A stretch of DNA of 62,283 nucleotides, counting the filler, from Actinomycetota bacterium (lineage in GTDB: Bacteria > Actinomycetota > Acidimicrobiia > Spongiisociales > UBA4744), in assembly GCA_013152275.1 (NCBI GenBank). It is 6 parts of 6 records of this genome, joined end to end, with 100 filler letters (N's around TTAATTAATTAA, not from the genome) between each part and the next. Parts side by side here need not be neighbours in the genome. Positions count along the whole stretch, not along the records: positions 9,442 to 26,380 come from JAADGS010000050.1; positions 26,481 to 33,161 come from JAADGS010000091.1; 4 more parts are not named here. One strand, 5' to 3'. The position numbers were made by a program, and so were the translations under genes. Positions 19,062 through 28,619 of the stretch are shown here, piece after piece. The notes beneath the pieces were generated by a model that worked only from the letters and a program-made list of their open reading frames with translations, was not told the DNA's origin and searched no databases. Each line of letters begins with the position of its first letter. The first letter of the stretch is position 1.

Positions 19062-19847
19062 GTGAGCCAACTGGATATCTTCAGGCTCGACGGCAAGGTT
19101 GCCATCATTCCCGGTGGCAGCGGTGGCATCGGGTCCACGATTGCAGAGGGACTCGCAGCGGCCGGCGCCAGAGTTGCGATCGTGGGCCGATCGGCGGAGC
19201 GTGCCCAGGTCGTGGCCGAGAGAGTGCTCGATACCGGCGGCCAGGCCCTGGCGATCGCGGCCGATGTCACACAGAAGGAAGAGGCGGACCGTGCCGTGGC
19301 CGAGGCCACCGGCCGGTGGGGCCGCCTCGACATCATCGTCAACGCGGTCGGAGGCGGGGCCGGCAACGTCCTGTTCGATGCGCAGGACTACCCGATTCCC
19401 GAATGGGACTGGATCTTCGAGTTGAACGTTCGCAGCACCGTGCTCCCCACACAGGCGGCGGTCAAGGCAATGATCGAAGCCGGGCACGGGGGCAAAGTCC
19501 TGAACATCTCATCGGTCCGGGGCCAACTCGGCATCAATGCCGGCTACTCGGCGTACGTGGCCGCAAAAGGGGCAATCGATTCACTGACGCGCCAGTGGGC
19601 CACGGAGTGGGCGCGGCACGGAATCTGCGTAAACGCGATCGCCCCGACATTCATCGACACACCCCAGGTTGCGATGTTGTTGGAAGATCCCGACTTCAAG
19701 GCCGGCGTCGTCAACCGCATCCCGCTCAACCGGGTCGGTGAGACCGCGGACCTGGTCGGCGCGAGCCTGTTGTTCTGCTCGGAAGCCTCGTCGTTCATCA
19801 CCGGACAGATCCTCACCATCGATGGCGGACTGACCGCCACGCAGTAA
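19062..19847 (+). CDS. SDR oxidoreductase (gluconate 5-dehydrogenase/KduD-like)
   Basis: GGSGGIG, NISS, YVAAK, EWA..GI.VNAIAP. Confidence 0.9.
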   Translation: MSQLDIFRLDGKVAIIPGGSGGIGSTIAEGLAAAGARVAIVGRSAERAQVVAERVLDTGGQALAIAADVTQKEEADRAVAEATGRWGRLDIIVNAVGGGAGNVLFDAQDYPIPEWDWIFELNVRSTVLPTQAAVKAMIEAGHGGKVLNISSVRGQLGINAGYSAYVAAKGAIDSLTRQWATEWARHGICVNAIAPTFIDTPQVAMLLEDPDFKAGVVNRIPLNRVGETADLVGASLLFCSEASSFITGQILTIDGGLTATQ

Positions 19848-19874
19848 CCACCAATCAAAGGAAGACCCAGAGAA

Positions 19875-20729
19875 ATGCAGAACGTCACACCCAACGTATT
19901 CACGGAGACGAAGCTCCGCGGATGCAACCCGAGCTATGTGACGACATCGGACGGCGTGGTCGTCATCGATACGCCCCAGCTCCCCACCAAGGCGGTAGCC
20001 ATGCGCGAAGAGGCCGAATCTCACGGCCCGATCCGCTACCTGATCAACACCGAGCATCACGTCGACCACATCTTCGGCAACTACTACTTCAAGGGCGCCG
20101 GCACCGTCGTGCACCACCAAGGCGTCTACGACAATTTCATGGTCGTCAGCCCCGAACTGGACCCCTTCGCGTACGCTGCGGAAGCGATCCCGACCGACGA
20201 CCCGGACGGCGAGGCCATCTTCCCCGATCGGGACGAGTACTACTCGAACCCCAACAAGGGCCAGATCGTCTTCTCCGAGAATCTGACACTGCGAGTGGGA
20301 GGCCACACCTTCGAGCTGCTTCACACTCCGGGCCACACCCCCGGCCAGGTGGCGGTGCACGTCCCGGAAGAACGAGTCGTGTTCACCGGCGATACCGTCT
20401 TCTCCCAATGTCAGACGTGGCTGATGACCTCGAACGTGGACCAGTGGCTCGACGCCCTCGACACGGTCCGGGCACTCGATGTCGATCACATCGTTCCGGG
20501 TCATGGGCCCGTCACGACCAAGTCGTATCTCGACGTGCAGCGGTCCGTGCTGCTCGAGTGGAAGACGGCCGTGGCGATCGGCATCGCCAAAGGCTGGTCG
20601 AAGGAGGAGACGATCGAGCGGGTCAACTTCTCGGATCGGTGCCCGGTCGACATCGGCCAGGAGTACATGATGGACTTCATCCAGAACCTCAACGCAGGAT
20701 CCCTCTACGACAAACTCACCACGGTCTGA
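19875..20729 (+). CDS. MBL-fold metallo-hydrolase (cyclase-like)
   Basis: TEHHVDH, PGHTPG, FTGD, PGHG. Confidence 0.9.
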   Translation: MQNVTPNVFTETKLRGCNPSYVTTSDGVVVIDTPQLPTKAVAMREEAESHGPIRYLINTEHHVDHIFGNYYFKGAGTVVHHQGVYDNFMVVSPELDPFAYAAEAIPTDDPDGEAIFPDRDEYYSNPNKGQIVFSENLTLRVGGHTFELLHTPGHTPGQVAVHVPEERVVFTGDTVFSQCQTWLMTSNVDQWLDALDTVRALDVDHIVPGHGPVTTKSYLDVQRSVLLEWKTAVAIGIAKGWSKEETIERVNFSDRCPVDIGQEYMMDFIQNLNAGSLYDKLTTV

Positions 20730-20763
20730 AGTCGGAGCGACACGGCCGTTCGAGGAGCGTGCA

Positions 20764-21990
20764 ATGAACGCACCGTCCCACTCTGCCGTCTCGTCTGTCC
20801 ACGTGGCCTGGCGAGCGGTCGTCCCGGCCTTTGCGGCAGTGACGGTGAGCGTCCTTCCAGGTTTCCTGACCGCCGGTCTGGCCGTCCAGATCGGCAACGG
20901 CATCGGGCTCGGCCTTACCGGGTTGGGCGTGGTGATCGGGGTCTTCTTCGCCGCCTCAACGCTGGGATCCCCACTGATGGGGGCGCTGGTCCAACGGGTG
21001 GGCTGGGCTCGCGGCCTGCGTCTGTCGAGCTTCATGGCGGCCGTGTCGCTGGCCGGAATAGCCTTCGCCGCGCCAACACCCGTCGCGTTCGGCGCATGGC
21101 TCGTCCTCGGTGGATTGGCGATTTCGCTGGCGCAACCTGCTGCAAACCTCACCGTTGCCCGCTGCGTCGGCAGCCGGCGCCGGGGCTTCCTGTTCGGCGC
21201 GAAGCATGCGTCCGCTCCCGCAGCGATCTTCCTCGGCGGCTTGGCAGTGCCGGCAGTGGCACTGACGGTCGGATGGGAATGGGCGTTCTGGGGAGGGTCG
21301 GCTCTCGCCCTGTTGACCGCGCTTGCGGTCCCCCTCAGACCCGCCGACCACGAAGTCGACTCCCCGAACCGCCCTGTCGAGCAGGTCGGGCGCCCGAGCA
21401 CGCCTCTGGGATTGCTGATTGCTCTCGCCGGTGCCGCGATGCTGGGCATCGGAGGAATCAACGCTCTCGCCTCGTTCACCGTCACCTACGCCGTGCATGC
21501 AGGCTTCGGTGAGAGCACCGCCGGACTCTTGCTGGCCGGCGGCAGCCTGGCCGGCATCACTACACGTCTGGTCGCCGGATGGCTGATCGACCGGACCGAC
21601 CGCGCCGACCTCACCGCCGTTGCATCGATGTTGACCGTGGGTGCCCTGGGCGTGGCCGGCATCGCCCTCGGGACGCACGCCGGGCTGATCCTCGGCGGCG
21701 TGCTGGCGTTCGGTGCCGGATGGGGATGGTCGGGGCTTTTCACGTTCGCGGTCGTCAAAGACAACCCCGAGGCACCCGCCACGGCCACCGGCATCACGCA
21801 GACGGGCGTCTTCCTGGGAGCGGCGATCGGCCCTCCCGTCTTCGGCCTCGTGGCCGACACGGTCTCGTTCACGGCCGCCTGGTGGATGACCGGAGCGGCA
21901 CTGGTCGGAGCAGCCGCCATCATCCTCTTCGTGCGCAGCCACCGCCACACACACCTATGGTCGGCGTCGACATGGCGGGCCGCAACATGA
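20764..21990 (+). CDS. MFS transporter
   Basis: About 12 hydrophobic segments, G.L..R.G motifs. Confidence 0.88.
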   Translation: MNAPSHSAVSSVHVAWRAVVPAFAAVTVSVLPGFLTAGLAVQIGNGIGLGLTGLGVVIGVFFAASTLGSPLMGALVQRVGWARGLRLSSFMAAVSLAGIAFAAPTPVAFGAWLVLGGLAISLAQPAANLTVARCVGSRRRGFLFGAKHASAPAAIFLGGLAVPAVALTVGWEWAFWGGSALALLTALAVPLRPADHEVDSPNRPVEQVGRPSTPLGLLIALAGAAMLGIGGINALASFTVTYAVHAGFGESTAGLLLAGGSLAGITTRLVAGWLIDRTDRADLTAVASMLTVGALGVAGIALGTHAGLILGGVLAFGAGWGWSGLFTFAVVKDNPEAPATATGITQTGVFLGAAIGPPVFGLVADTVSFTAAWWMTGAALVGAAAIILFVRSHRHTHLWSASTWRAAT

Positions 21991-22152
21991 ACGCGGAGCA
22001 GACATCTCCGATGCTTCGAGAACAACGGCTCACCGGGACCCATGGAGAGCCGCAGAGAACTCCCACCCTTTCGTTCCACGGACGGCCGGCCACGCAACGC
22101 CTGTCGATCCATCCGGTGACCCACCGGATCCACAGCCCAACGGGTTCCCATC

Positions 22153-23052
22153 ATGAGTGACTATCACCTGCACCTGCATCCCCATTTCCCAACGCCCGGT
22201 TCACCACCAATGGGCGTCTATCCCCCCGGTTACATCGACCAATACGTGGAGACGGCGCTGTCCCGAGGAGTCACCGAGCTCGGCTTCACCGAGCATCTCT
22301 ACCGGTGCGTCGAATCCGCTCCGATCCTGGGCACCTGGTGGGAGCACGACCCCGACCCCCGCCTGTCGGCCGAGATGGAACGCTACGTCACACTGGAGCG
22401 CAACCTGTCACTCGAGGCGTATGTCGACGTCGTACTCGACGCCAAGCAACGCGGGCTCCCCGTCAAGCTCGGCCTCGAGGTCGACTTCGAGCCCGGAACC
22501 GTCGACTCCGTGTTGGATCTGCTCGCGGGCTATCCCTTCGACTTTCTCATCGGTTCCGTTCATTGGATAGGTGCCTGGTCCATCGACCGCCCGAGCGCCG
22601 CCCCCGAGTTCGCCAGGCGCGGCGTACGGCGCGCCTATGAGCAGTACTTCGAACTGGAAACCGAGCTCGCCGCCTCGGAAATGGTCGACGTTCTGGCCCA
22701 TGCCGACCTCGTCAAGAAGCTCGGCATCCACCCGAAGGGGTCCTTGGACGACCTGTACACGCCACTGGTGGCCGCCGCGGCCGCAAGCGGTGTCGCCGTC
22801 GAAGTATCAAGCGCCGGCCTGCGAAAACCGGTTGGCGAGATCTACCCCGCCCCGCGTCTCCTTCGGAGCTTTCGCGCGGCCGGCGTTCCCATCACGCTCG
22901 CCAGCGACGCCCACATCCCCGACGAGGCAGGCTGGGGGCACATCCCGGTCGTACGCGCCGCGAGAGCCGCCGGATACACCCATCATCTGCGTTTCTCCGA
23001 CCGCAAGAGATACGAGATGCCCTTGCCACATCCAACGGGAGACGACGCATGA
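22153..23052 (+). CDS. PHP-family phosphatase (histidinol-phosphatase HisJ-like)
   Basis: DYHLH, FTEH, GLEVD, GSVH, AHADL, SDAH. Confidence 0.88.
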   Translation: MSDYHLHLHPHFPTPGSPPMGVYPPGYIDQYVETALSRGVTELGFTEHLYRCVESAPILGTWWEHDPDPRLSAEMERYVTLERNLSLEAYVDVVLDAKQRGLPVKLGLEVDFEPGTVDSVLDLLAGYPFDFLIGSVHWIGAWSIDRPSAAPEFARRGVRRAYEQYFELETELAASEMVDVLAHADLVKKLGIHPKGSLDDLYTPLVAAAAASGVAVEVSSAGLRKPVGEIYPAPRLLRSFRAAGVPITLASDAHIPDEAGWGHIPVVRAARAAGYTHHLRFSDRKRYEMPLPHPTGDDA

Positions 23053-23876
23053 GAGTGTCGTTCAAGACCCGACCGCAAAACACGGAATGGCGACCGATGA
23101 TCGACTTCTGGCTCGAGGCCGATCGCATCGATCTGTACTCCGCCGGTTGGACCTTCGACCACTTCTACCCGATCTTCTCCGATCCCACCGGACCCTGCTT
23201 CGAAGGATGGACGATGCTGTCCTATCTGGCAGGGGTGACGGACCGGCTGCGCCTCGGTGTGCTCGTCAGCGGGAACACGCACCGGCATCCCGCGCTGCTC
23301 GCGAACATGGCGGCGACGCTCGACGTCGCATCACAAGGTCGTCTGGAAATCGGTCTCGGCGCCGGATGGAGCGAGGAGGAGCATGCGGCCTACGGGATAC
23401 CCCTGCCTCCCTGGCCGGAGCGATTCGACCGGCTCGAAGAGTCCTGCGAGATCATCGACAGCCTCCTGACACGCGAAACCACGACTTTGATCGGAACGCA
23501 CTACCGGCTCACGGACGCCAGGTGCGAACCGAAGCCGGTACAGAAGCCACTGGTGATCGGGGGCAAGGGTGAGAAACGGACCCTTCGTATCGCCGCACGT
23601 TGGGCCGACCAGTGGAACTTCCCGTTCGGAGAGCCGGCGGAGCTCCGTCACAAGATCCAGGTGCTGCACGCCCACTGCGCCGACATCGGGCGGGATCCGT
23701 CAGAGATCGAGATCTCGGTGAAGGCGGAGGCCGGTGAAGAGCCGGCCGCCTTCGCCGAACTCGCCGCCGCCTATCGGGAGGCCGGAGCCCAGCACATCAT
23801 CGTCCACTTCCCGCCACCTCACGATCCGGCGACGCTGGGAGCGTACGCCGAGAGCCTCGCGCAGGTGGTCCGATAG
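23049..23876 (+). CDS. LLM-class F420-dependent oxidoreductase
   Basis: FDHFYP, RHPALLANMAATLD, GRLEIGLGAGW, GGKGEKRTL. Confidence 0.92.
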   Translation: MRVSFKTRPQNTEWRPMIDFWLEADRIDLYSAGWTFDHFYPIFSDPTGPCFEGWTMLSYLAGVTDRLRLGVLVSGNTHRHPALLANMAATLDVASQGRLEIGLGAGWSEEEHAAYGIPLPPWPERFDRLEESCEIIDSLLTRETTTLIGTHYRLTDARCEPKPVQKPLVIGGKGEKRTLRIAARWADQWNFPFGEPAELRHKIQVLHAHCADIGRDPSEIEISVKAEAGEEPAAFAELAAAYREAGAQHIIVHFPPPHDPATLGAYAESLAQVVR

Positions 23877-23949
23877 CCCTGCCCCATCCTCGACGTCTCT
23901 TGGCGCGGCGCCGGGCGTCCTCCGAGATTGCCGCCTCGTCCCGCGACGC

Positions 23950-26088
23950 TCAGGCGCGGCCGGCGGCCACCTCGTCGGCCCGGTTGCGACCGGCGAGAAG
24001 GATCAGGTCCTCGTGAAGCTCGAACCAGACGCCGTGGTAGCTGTCCACTCTGGGCGAGGCGATGTAGCGATGATCGCCGCCGCGAACGAGACCCGCCGCC
24101 CGCTCCAGCCGCTCGAGGTAGAAGCCGAGTCGAGGGAGCCCGTCGCTGAGCGACTGGAGCAACGCGGCGGCATCTTGGTGCAGGAAACCGAACTCGGCCA
24201 GCACCGATGCGTCGTAGGCCGCGTCGGAGTGATCGTTCAACACTTGCCGGCCGTCGACCTCACGCATCTGCCAGGCGGTCACGATGCCCTTTGTCCGGTG
24301 GTCGAGCGATAGGAATGCATCGAGTGCCTCGATGGCATTCTCCACGCCCCAGGACTCCTGATCGGCAATGATCAGCTCTCTGCCGAGCGTCTTGCCTTCC
24401 GCTGTCAGCTGGAACATGCCGCCGGAGGACTCGACGAGTCCGTCGGCGGTCATCCGCTCGAGAACCTGATTCGCCCCTTCCTCTGTCGTGAAGAACGCGG
24501 ACGCGATGCCCTCAGCTGTCACAAAGCCCTTGATGACGAGCGTCCGAACGACGGCATCGACGCTCGGCCCGCCCTCCTCCGAGGTTTCGCCGCCCTCCTC
24601 CGAGGTTTCGCCGCCCTCTTCCGAGGCTGGGATCTCGATCCCGAGATCCTGAGCCCAGGACAGGAGCTTCGTCGCCTCGGGAACGACCGTCGCGCTGCTC
24701 GAGACCGCGCCGGCGAATACCTCCCCGCTGCCGCCGTCGATCGTCAGCATGTCCCCGGCGGTGAACACGCGATCGCCGATGGAGATCGTCCCCTCCCCCA
24801 CCTTCACCGCGGAGGCACCGACGACCGCCGGGATCCCCCATCCTCGTGCGACCACTGCCGCGTGGCTGGCGAGGCCACCGGTCGAAGTCAGGATTCCGAC
24901 CGCCCTGGCCATGCCGTGAACGTCATCGGGTGACGTTTCGCGACGAACGAGGATCACGCTCCGACCCGCATCGGCCGCGGCGACGGCGTCCTCGGGTGTC
25001 GTGACGATCTCGCCCGATGCCACCCCTGGAGATGCCGCGAGGCCGGTCGTGACGACCGGAACGTCCGCGGGCCGCTCGCCAACCGTGGTAGGGGGATTAT
25101 CCAGGTGGCGAGCGACCCGGCGGACAGCTTCTGCGCGAGAGAGGGGAAAGTCGTCGTCCTCTGCCATGTCGACCGCGATCCGCAGCGCGGCCTGTGGACT
25201 CCGCTTGCCGATCCGGACCTGCAGCAGCCAGAGTCGACCTTGCTCGATCGTGAACTCGATATCACACAGATCGACGAAGTGGTGTTCGAGCGTGTGGGCG
25301 TATCGCCGCAGGTCCTCGGCAACCGCGGGCATCCGCTCATCGAGCACGGCGATCGGCTCTGTCTGGCTCGTCCCGGCGACGACATCCTCGCCCTGTGCAT
25401 CGAACAGGATGTCGCCATAGAGGCGAGGCTCCCCGGTCGCCGGGTTCCTGGTGAACAGGACACCGGTGGCCGAATCGGAGCCCCGGTTGCCGAACACCAT
25501 GGCCTGTACGGTCACCCCCGTCCCAAGGTCGTCGGCGATGCCCTCGCGGGCACGGTAGCTTCTGGCCCGGCCACAGTTCCAGGAACGGAAGACCGCCTCG
25601 ATCGCACCGCGCAGTTGCTCCCACGGATCCTCGGGAACGACCTCCACACCGACGATCTGCCGATACATCGTCGAGAAGCGATCCCGACAGACGTCCACAA
25701 ACGCACTGTCACCCGATACGGCGGCGAGCCCCCGAGCCGTCATGTCGTTGAGACCCAGGTTCAGGATCGTGTCCATCATCCCAGGCATCGAGACCGGCGC
25801 TCCGGAGCGGACGCTCACGAGCAAGGGATCTGTCGGATCCCCGAACCGGCGCCCCACGGCCGTCTCCACGCGGCGCATGTGCTCGCGGATCTCCTCGTCG
25901 AGTCCCTCCGGCCAGCCCCCTGCCAGGTACGCCCGGCACGCCTCTGTCGAGATCGTGAAGCTGGGAGGTACCGGAAGACCAAGCTCGTTGGCCATGACGG
26001 CGATGTTGGCCGCCTTCCCCCCGATGAGGGCCTTGACCTCGGCATGTGGCAGATCGTGCGGGTGGTCGAAAGCAAAGACGTATGCCAC
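23950..26088 (-). CDS. Truncated pyruvate phosphate dikinase-like protein (ATP-grasp + phospho-His domain) fused to wHTH/Rv1126c-like domain
   Basis: GGKAAN, LLVSVRSGA..SMPGMMDTILNLG, VQAMVFGN, QGEDVVAG, DIEFTIE, GGLASHAAVVARG; no pyruvate-binding barrel; tail with DSYHGVWFELHE; GTG start after GGAGAG. Confidence 0.88.
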   Translation of the reverse strand: MAYVFAFDHPHDLPHAEVKALIGGKAANIAVMANELGLPVPPSFTISTEACRAYLAGGWPEGLDEEIREHMRRVETAVGRRFGDPTDPLLVSVRSGAPVSMPGMMDTILNLGLNDMTARGLAAVSGDSAFVDVCRDRFSTMYRQIVGVEVVPEDPWEQLRGAIEAVFRSWNCGRARSYRAREGIADDLGTGVTVQAMVFGNRGSDSATGVLFTRNPATGEPRLYGDILFDAQGEDVVAGTSQTEPIAVLDERMPAVAEDLRRYAHTLEHHFVDLCDIEFTIEQGRLWLLQVRIGKRSPQAALRIAVDMAEDDDFPLSRAEAVRRVARHLDNPPTTVGERPADVPVVTTGLAASPGVASGEIVTTPEDAVAAADAGRSVILVRRETSPDDVHGMARAVGILTSTGGLASHAAVVARGWGIPAVVGASAVKVGEGTISIGDRVFTAGDMLTIDGGSGEVFAGAVSSSATVVPEATKLLSWAQDLGIEIPASEEGGETSEEGGETSEEGGPSVDAVVRTLVIKGFVTAEGIASAFFTTEEGANQVLERMTADGLVESSGGMFQLTAEGKTLGRELIIADQESWGVENAIEALDAFLSLDHRTKGIVTAWQMREVDGRQVLNDHSDAAYDASVLAEFGFLHQDAAALLQSLSDGLPRLGFYLERLERAAGLVRGGDHRYIASPRVDSYHGVWFELHEDLILLAGRNRADEVAAGRA

Positions 26089-26232
26089 GTTCTCTCCGAT
26101 CCTCGATAATCGATTACCCGAGCCTACGCGTCTTCCCATCCCAGCGTCAACCTGGAATCGAGATGAGAACCAATGAAGCCGCCATTCGAGCCAACTCTCC
26201 TCGGGACAATGGACACTACCGGCGGGGCCACG

Positions 26233-26380
26233 TTCTTCCTTCCCCTAGCAGGGGAAGTGGCCTCGGGGCTTTGGCCGAGGTCGATGGGGTAGAGCCTGTT
26301 CCTGGCAGGTCCAGCGGTCTGGGCGAGGAACGACCCCACTTCTTGCTTCCCCTAGCAGGGGAAGTGGCCTCGGGGCTTTG
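26233..26380. repeat. REP-like repeat family CTTCCCC-N-GGGGAAG, two units
   Basis: CTTCCCCTAGCAGGGGAAGTGGCCTCGGGGCTTTG at 26239 and 26346; contig ends within it. Confidence 0.85.
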
Positions 26381-26480
26381 NNNNNNNNNNNNNNNNNNNN
26401 NNNNNNNNNNNNNNNNNNNNNNNNTTAATTAATTAANNNNNNNNNNNNNNNNNNNNNNNNNNNNNNNNNNNNNNNNNNNN

Positions 26481-26555
26481 CCGTGGTCGCGGTGAGGACC
26501 GTGGTCGCGGTGAGGACCGTGGTCGCGGTGAGGACCGTGGTCGCGGTGAGGACCG
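26481..26555 (+). repeat. 18-bp tandem repeat CCGTGGTCGCGGTGAGGA x4
   Basis: Four exact units at contig start. Confidence 0.93.
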
Positions 26556-26779
26556 CAGCGCAGAGTCAGGTCGCGGTGAACGCCCTCGACGCAAGGTCGT
26601 CTCCTTCGAAGAAGAGTTCGAGAAGAGAAACGATTCTTAGGAGACTGTTACTCGAAGAGGGCGGGCCACGACGGCCCGCCCTTCTTTCTCTCCGAAGCCC
26701 ATGTGGTCGGTCGGTGACGGCCTGCTCCACACTGCATCTTCCCGGGTCCATGCCGCCGGCGGCCACCTACGCTTGACGT

Positions 26780-27667
26780 GTGCCCGAACTGCCCGACATC
26801 GTCGTCTATCTGGAAGCTCTCGAGCGGCGCATCCTCGGGGCGCAGCTGGAGCGCATCAGAGTGGTCTCGCCATCGGTGCTGCGGACCTATGACCCGTCGA
26901 TCAGCGAAGTCGAAGGTCGTCGTGTCGAAGGTCTGCGCCGGATCGGCAAGCGCATCGTCTGGCACATGGAAGCCGACCTGTTTGTCGTGATCCATCTGAT
27001 GATCGCCGGTCGGCTCCGATGGAGGAATCCGGGGGCTGCGGTTCCGAAGAAGGTGGGCCTGGCCGCTTTCGACTTCCCCGACGGCACGCTGGTCTTCACC
27101 GAGGCATCTCAGAAGAAGCGGGCTTCACTCCACCTGCTTCGCGGTCAGGAGGAGATCGCCACAATCGATCCGGGCGGTCTGGAACCGCTCACGATGACCC
27201 TCGAGGAGTTCTCTGAGGCCCTGAACCGTCAGAACCGAACCCTGAAACGTGCCCTCACCGACCCGAAGGTCCTGAGCGGCATCGGGAATGCATATTCGGA
27301 CGAGATCCTGCACAGGGCACGCCTTTCGCCGCTGCAGCTCACCGAGCGGCTCGACAGTGGCGCGATCGTTGCGCTCTTCGATGCCACCCGGGCCGTGTTG
27401 ACCGATTGGACGGACCGTCTCCGAAGGGAGGTGGGGGAGGGCTGGCCGGTGAAGGTCACGGCTTTCAGACCGGAGATGGCGGTCCACGGCAGGTACGGAC
27501 AGCCGTGCCCTGTGTGCGGTTCCCCGGTACAGCGGATCGTGTATGCAAGCAACGAGACCAACTACTGCGCTACGTGCCAGACGGACGGGAGGTTGCTCGC
27601 CGACCGGGCCCGATCCCGGCTTCTCAAAGGAGACCGACCCAGGCGGATCGAAGAGGTCGGCGGCTGA
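26780..27667 (+). CDS. Fpg/Nei family DNA glycosylase
   Basis: MPELPD start, HLMIAG, GIGNAYSDEILH, C-terminal CPVC...CATCQ zinc finger. Confidence 0.95.
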   Translation: MPELPDIVVYLEALERRILGAQLERIRVVSPSVLRTYDPSISEVEGRRVEGLRRIGKRIVWHMEADLFVVIHLMIAGRLRWRNPGAAVPKKVGLAAFDFPDGTLVFTEASQKKRASLHLLRGQEEIATIDPGGLEPLTMTLEEFSEALNRQNRTLKRALTDPKVLSGIGNAYSDEILHRARLSPLQLTERLDSGAIVALFDATRAVLTDWTDRLRREVGEGWPVKVTAFRPEMAVHGRYGQPCPVCGSPVQRIVYASNETNYCATCQTDGRLLADRARSRLLKGDRPRRIEEVGG

Positions 27668-27725
27668 AGGTGCGATAGCCGGTCGTTCAGGAGCCTCTAA
27701 CATCGAGCGGGACGAGAGGAGCTGA

Positions 27726-28619
27726 ATGTCGGTCGTGATTCGAACCGAGAAGCTCACGAAGTACTATCGGAAAGAGCGCGGTATCGTCGACCTCGGCCTC
27801 GAAATCGTCGAGGGAGAGGTGTTCGGCTATCTGGGACCCAACGGCGCCGGAAAGACAACGACGATCCGGCTTCTTCTCGGTCTTCTCCACCCGACGAGCG
27901 GAAAAGTCGAAGTCCTCGGGCACGACACCCGGTCGGTGAAGATACGACGGGCGATCGGCTATCTGCCGGGCGAACTCGCCCTCTATGAGGACATGACCGT
28001 CAAGAAGCTGTTCACCTATCTCGCCAATCTCAGAGGATTGCGCGGCCTGGGCAGCGCCAAGGAGTTCGCGGAGCGGCTCGAACTCGACATGGCTCGAAGG
28101 ATCGGCGACCTGTCGTCCGGGAACAAACAGAAGGTCGGGTTGGTACAGGCATTCATGCACCGACCGAGACTTCTCATCCTGGACGAGCCGACCGGCGGTC
28201 TCGATCCGCTCATGCAGCAGGAGTTCTACCGAATGATCCGTGAGGTCCGTCGAGAAGGACGCACGGTGTTCCTGTCGTCGCACACGCTGTCGGAGGTCGA
28301 GCGTATCGCAGACCGGGTCGGCATCATTCGGGATGGCGATCTGGTCGTCGTGGAGGGTTTGGACTCACTCAAGGCGCGGGCCCCGCGGCGCATCGAGCTG
28401 CACTTCTCCGGGCCTGTTCCGTCGGAGCGATTCACGGCCTTGCCGAACGTCGAGGATGTCGCCGTCGATGACGGTGTCGTGTCGTGCCGGGTGTTGGGAT
28501 CGGTCGATCGACTCATCAAGGCGGCCGCCGAGTTCGAAGTCACCAACATCATCAGCCATGAGGCAGATCTCGAAGAGCTCTTCCTCGGGTACTTCCGGGG
28601 TGACGGCGATGCTGCGTAA
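27726..28619 (+). CDS. ABC transporter ATP-binding protein
   Basis: GPNGAGKTT, LSSGNKQK, LDEPT. Confidence 0.95.
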   Translation: MSVVIRTEKLTKYYRKERGIVDLGLEIVEGEVFGYLGPNGAGKTTTIRLLLGLLHPTSGKVEVLGHDTRSVKIRRAIGYLPGELALYEDMTVKKLFTYLANLRGLRGLGSAKEFAERLELDMARRIGDLSSGNKQKVGLVQAFMHRPRLLILDEPTGGLDPLMQQEFYRMIREVRREGRTVFLSSHTLSEVERIADRVGIIRDGDLVVVEGLDSLKARAPRRIELHFSGPVPSERFTALPNVEDVAVDDGVVSCRVLGSVDRLIKAAAEFEVTNIISHEADLEELFLGYFRGDGDAA

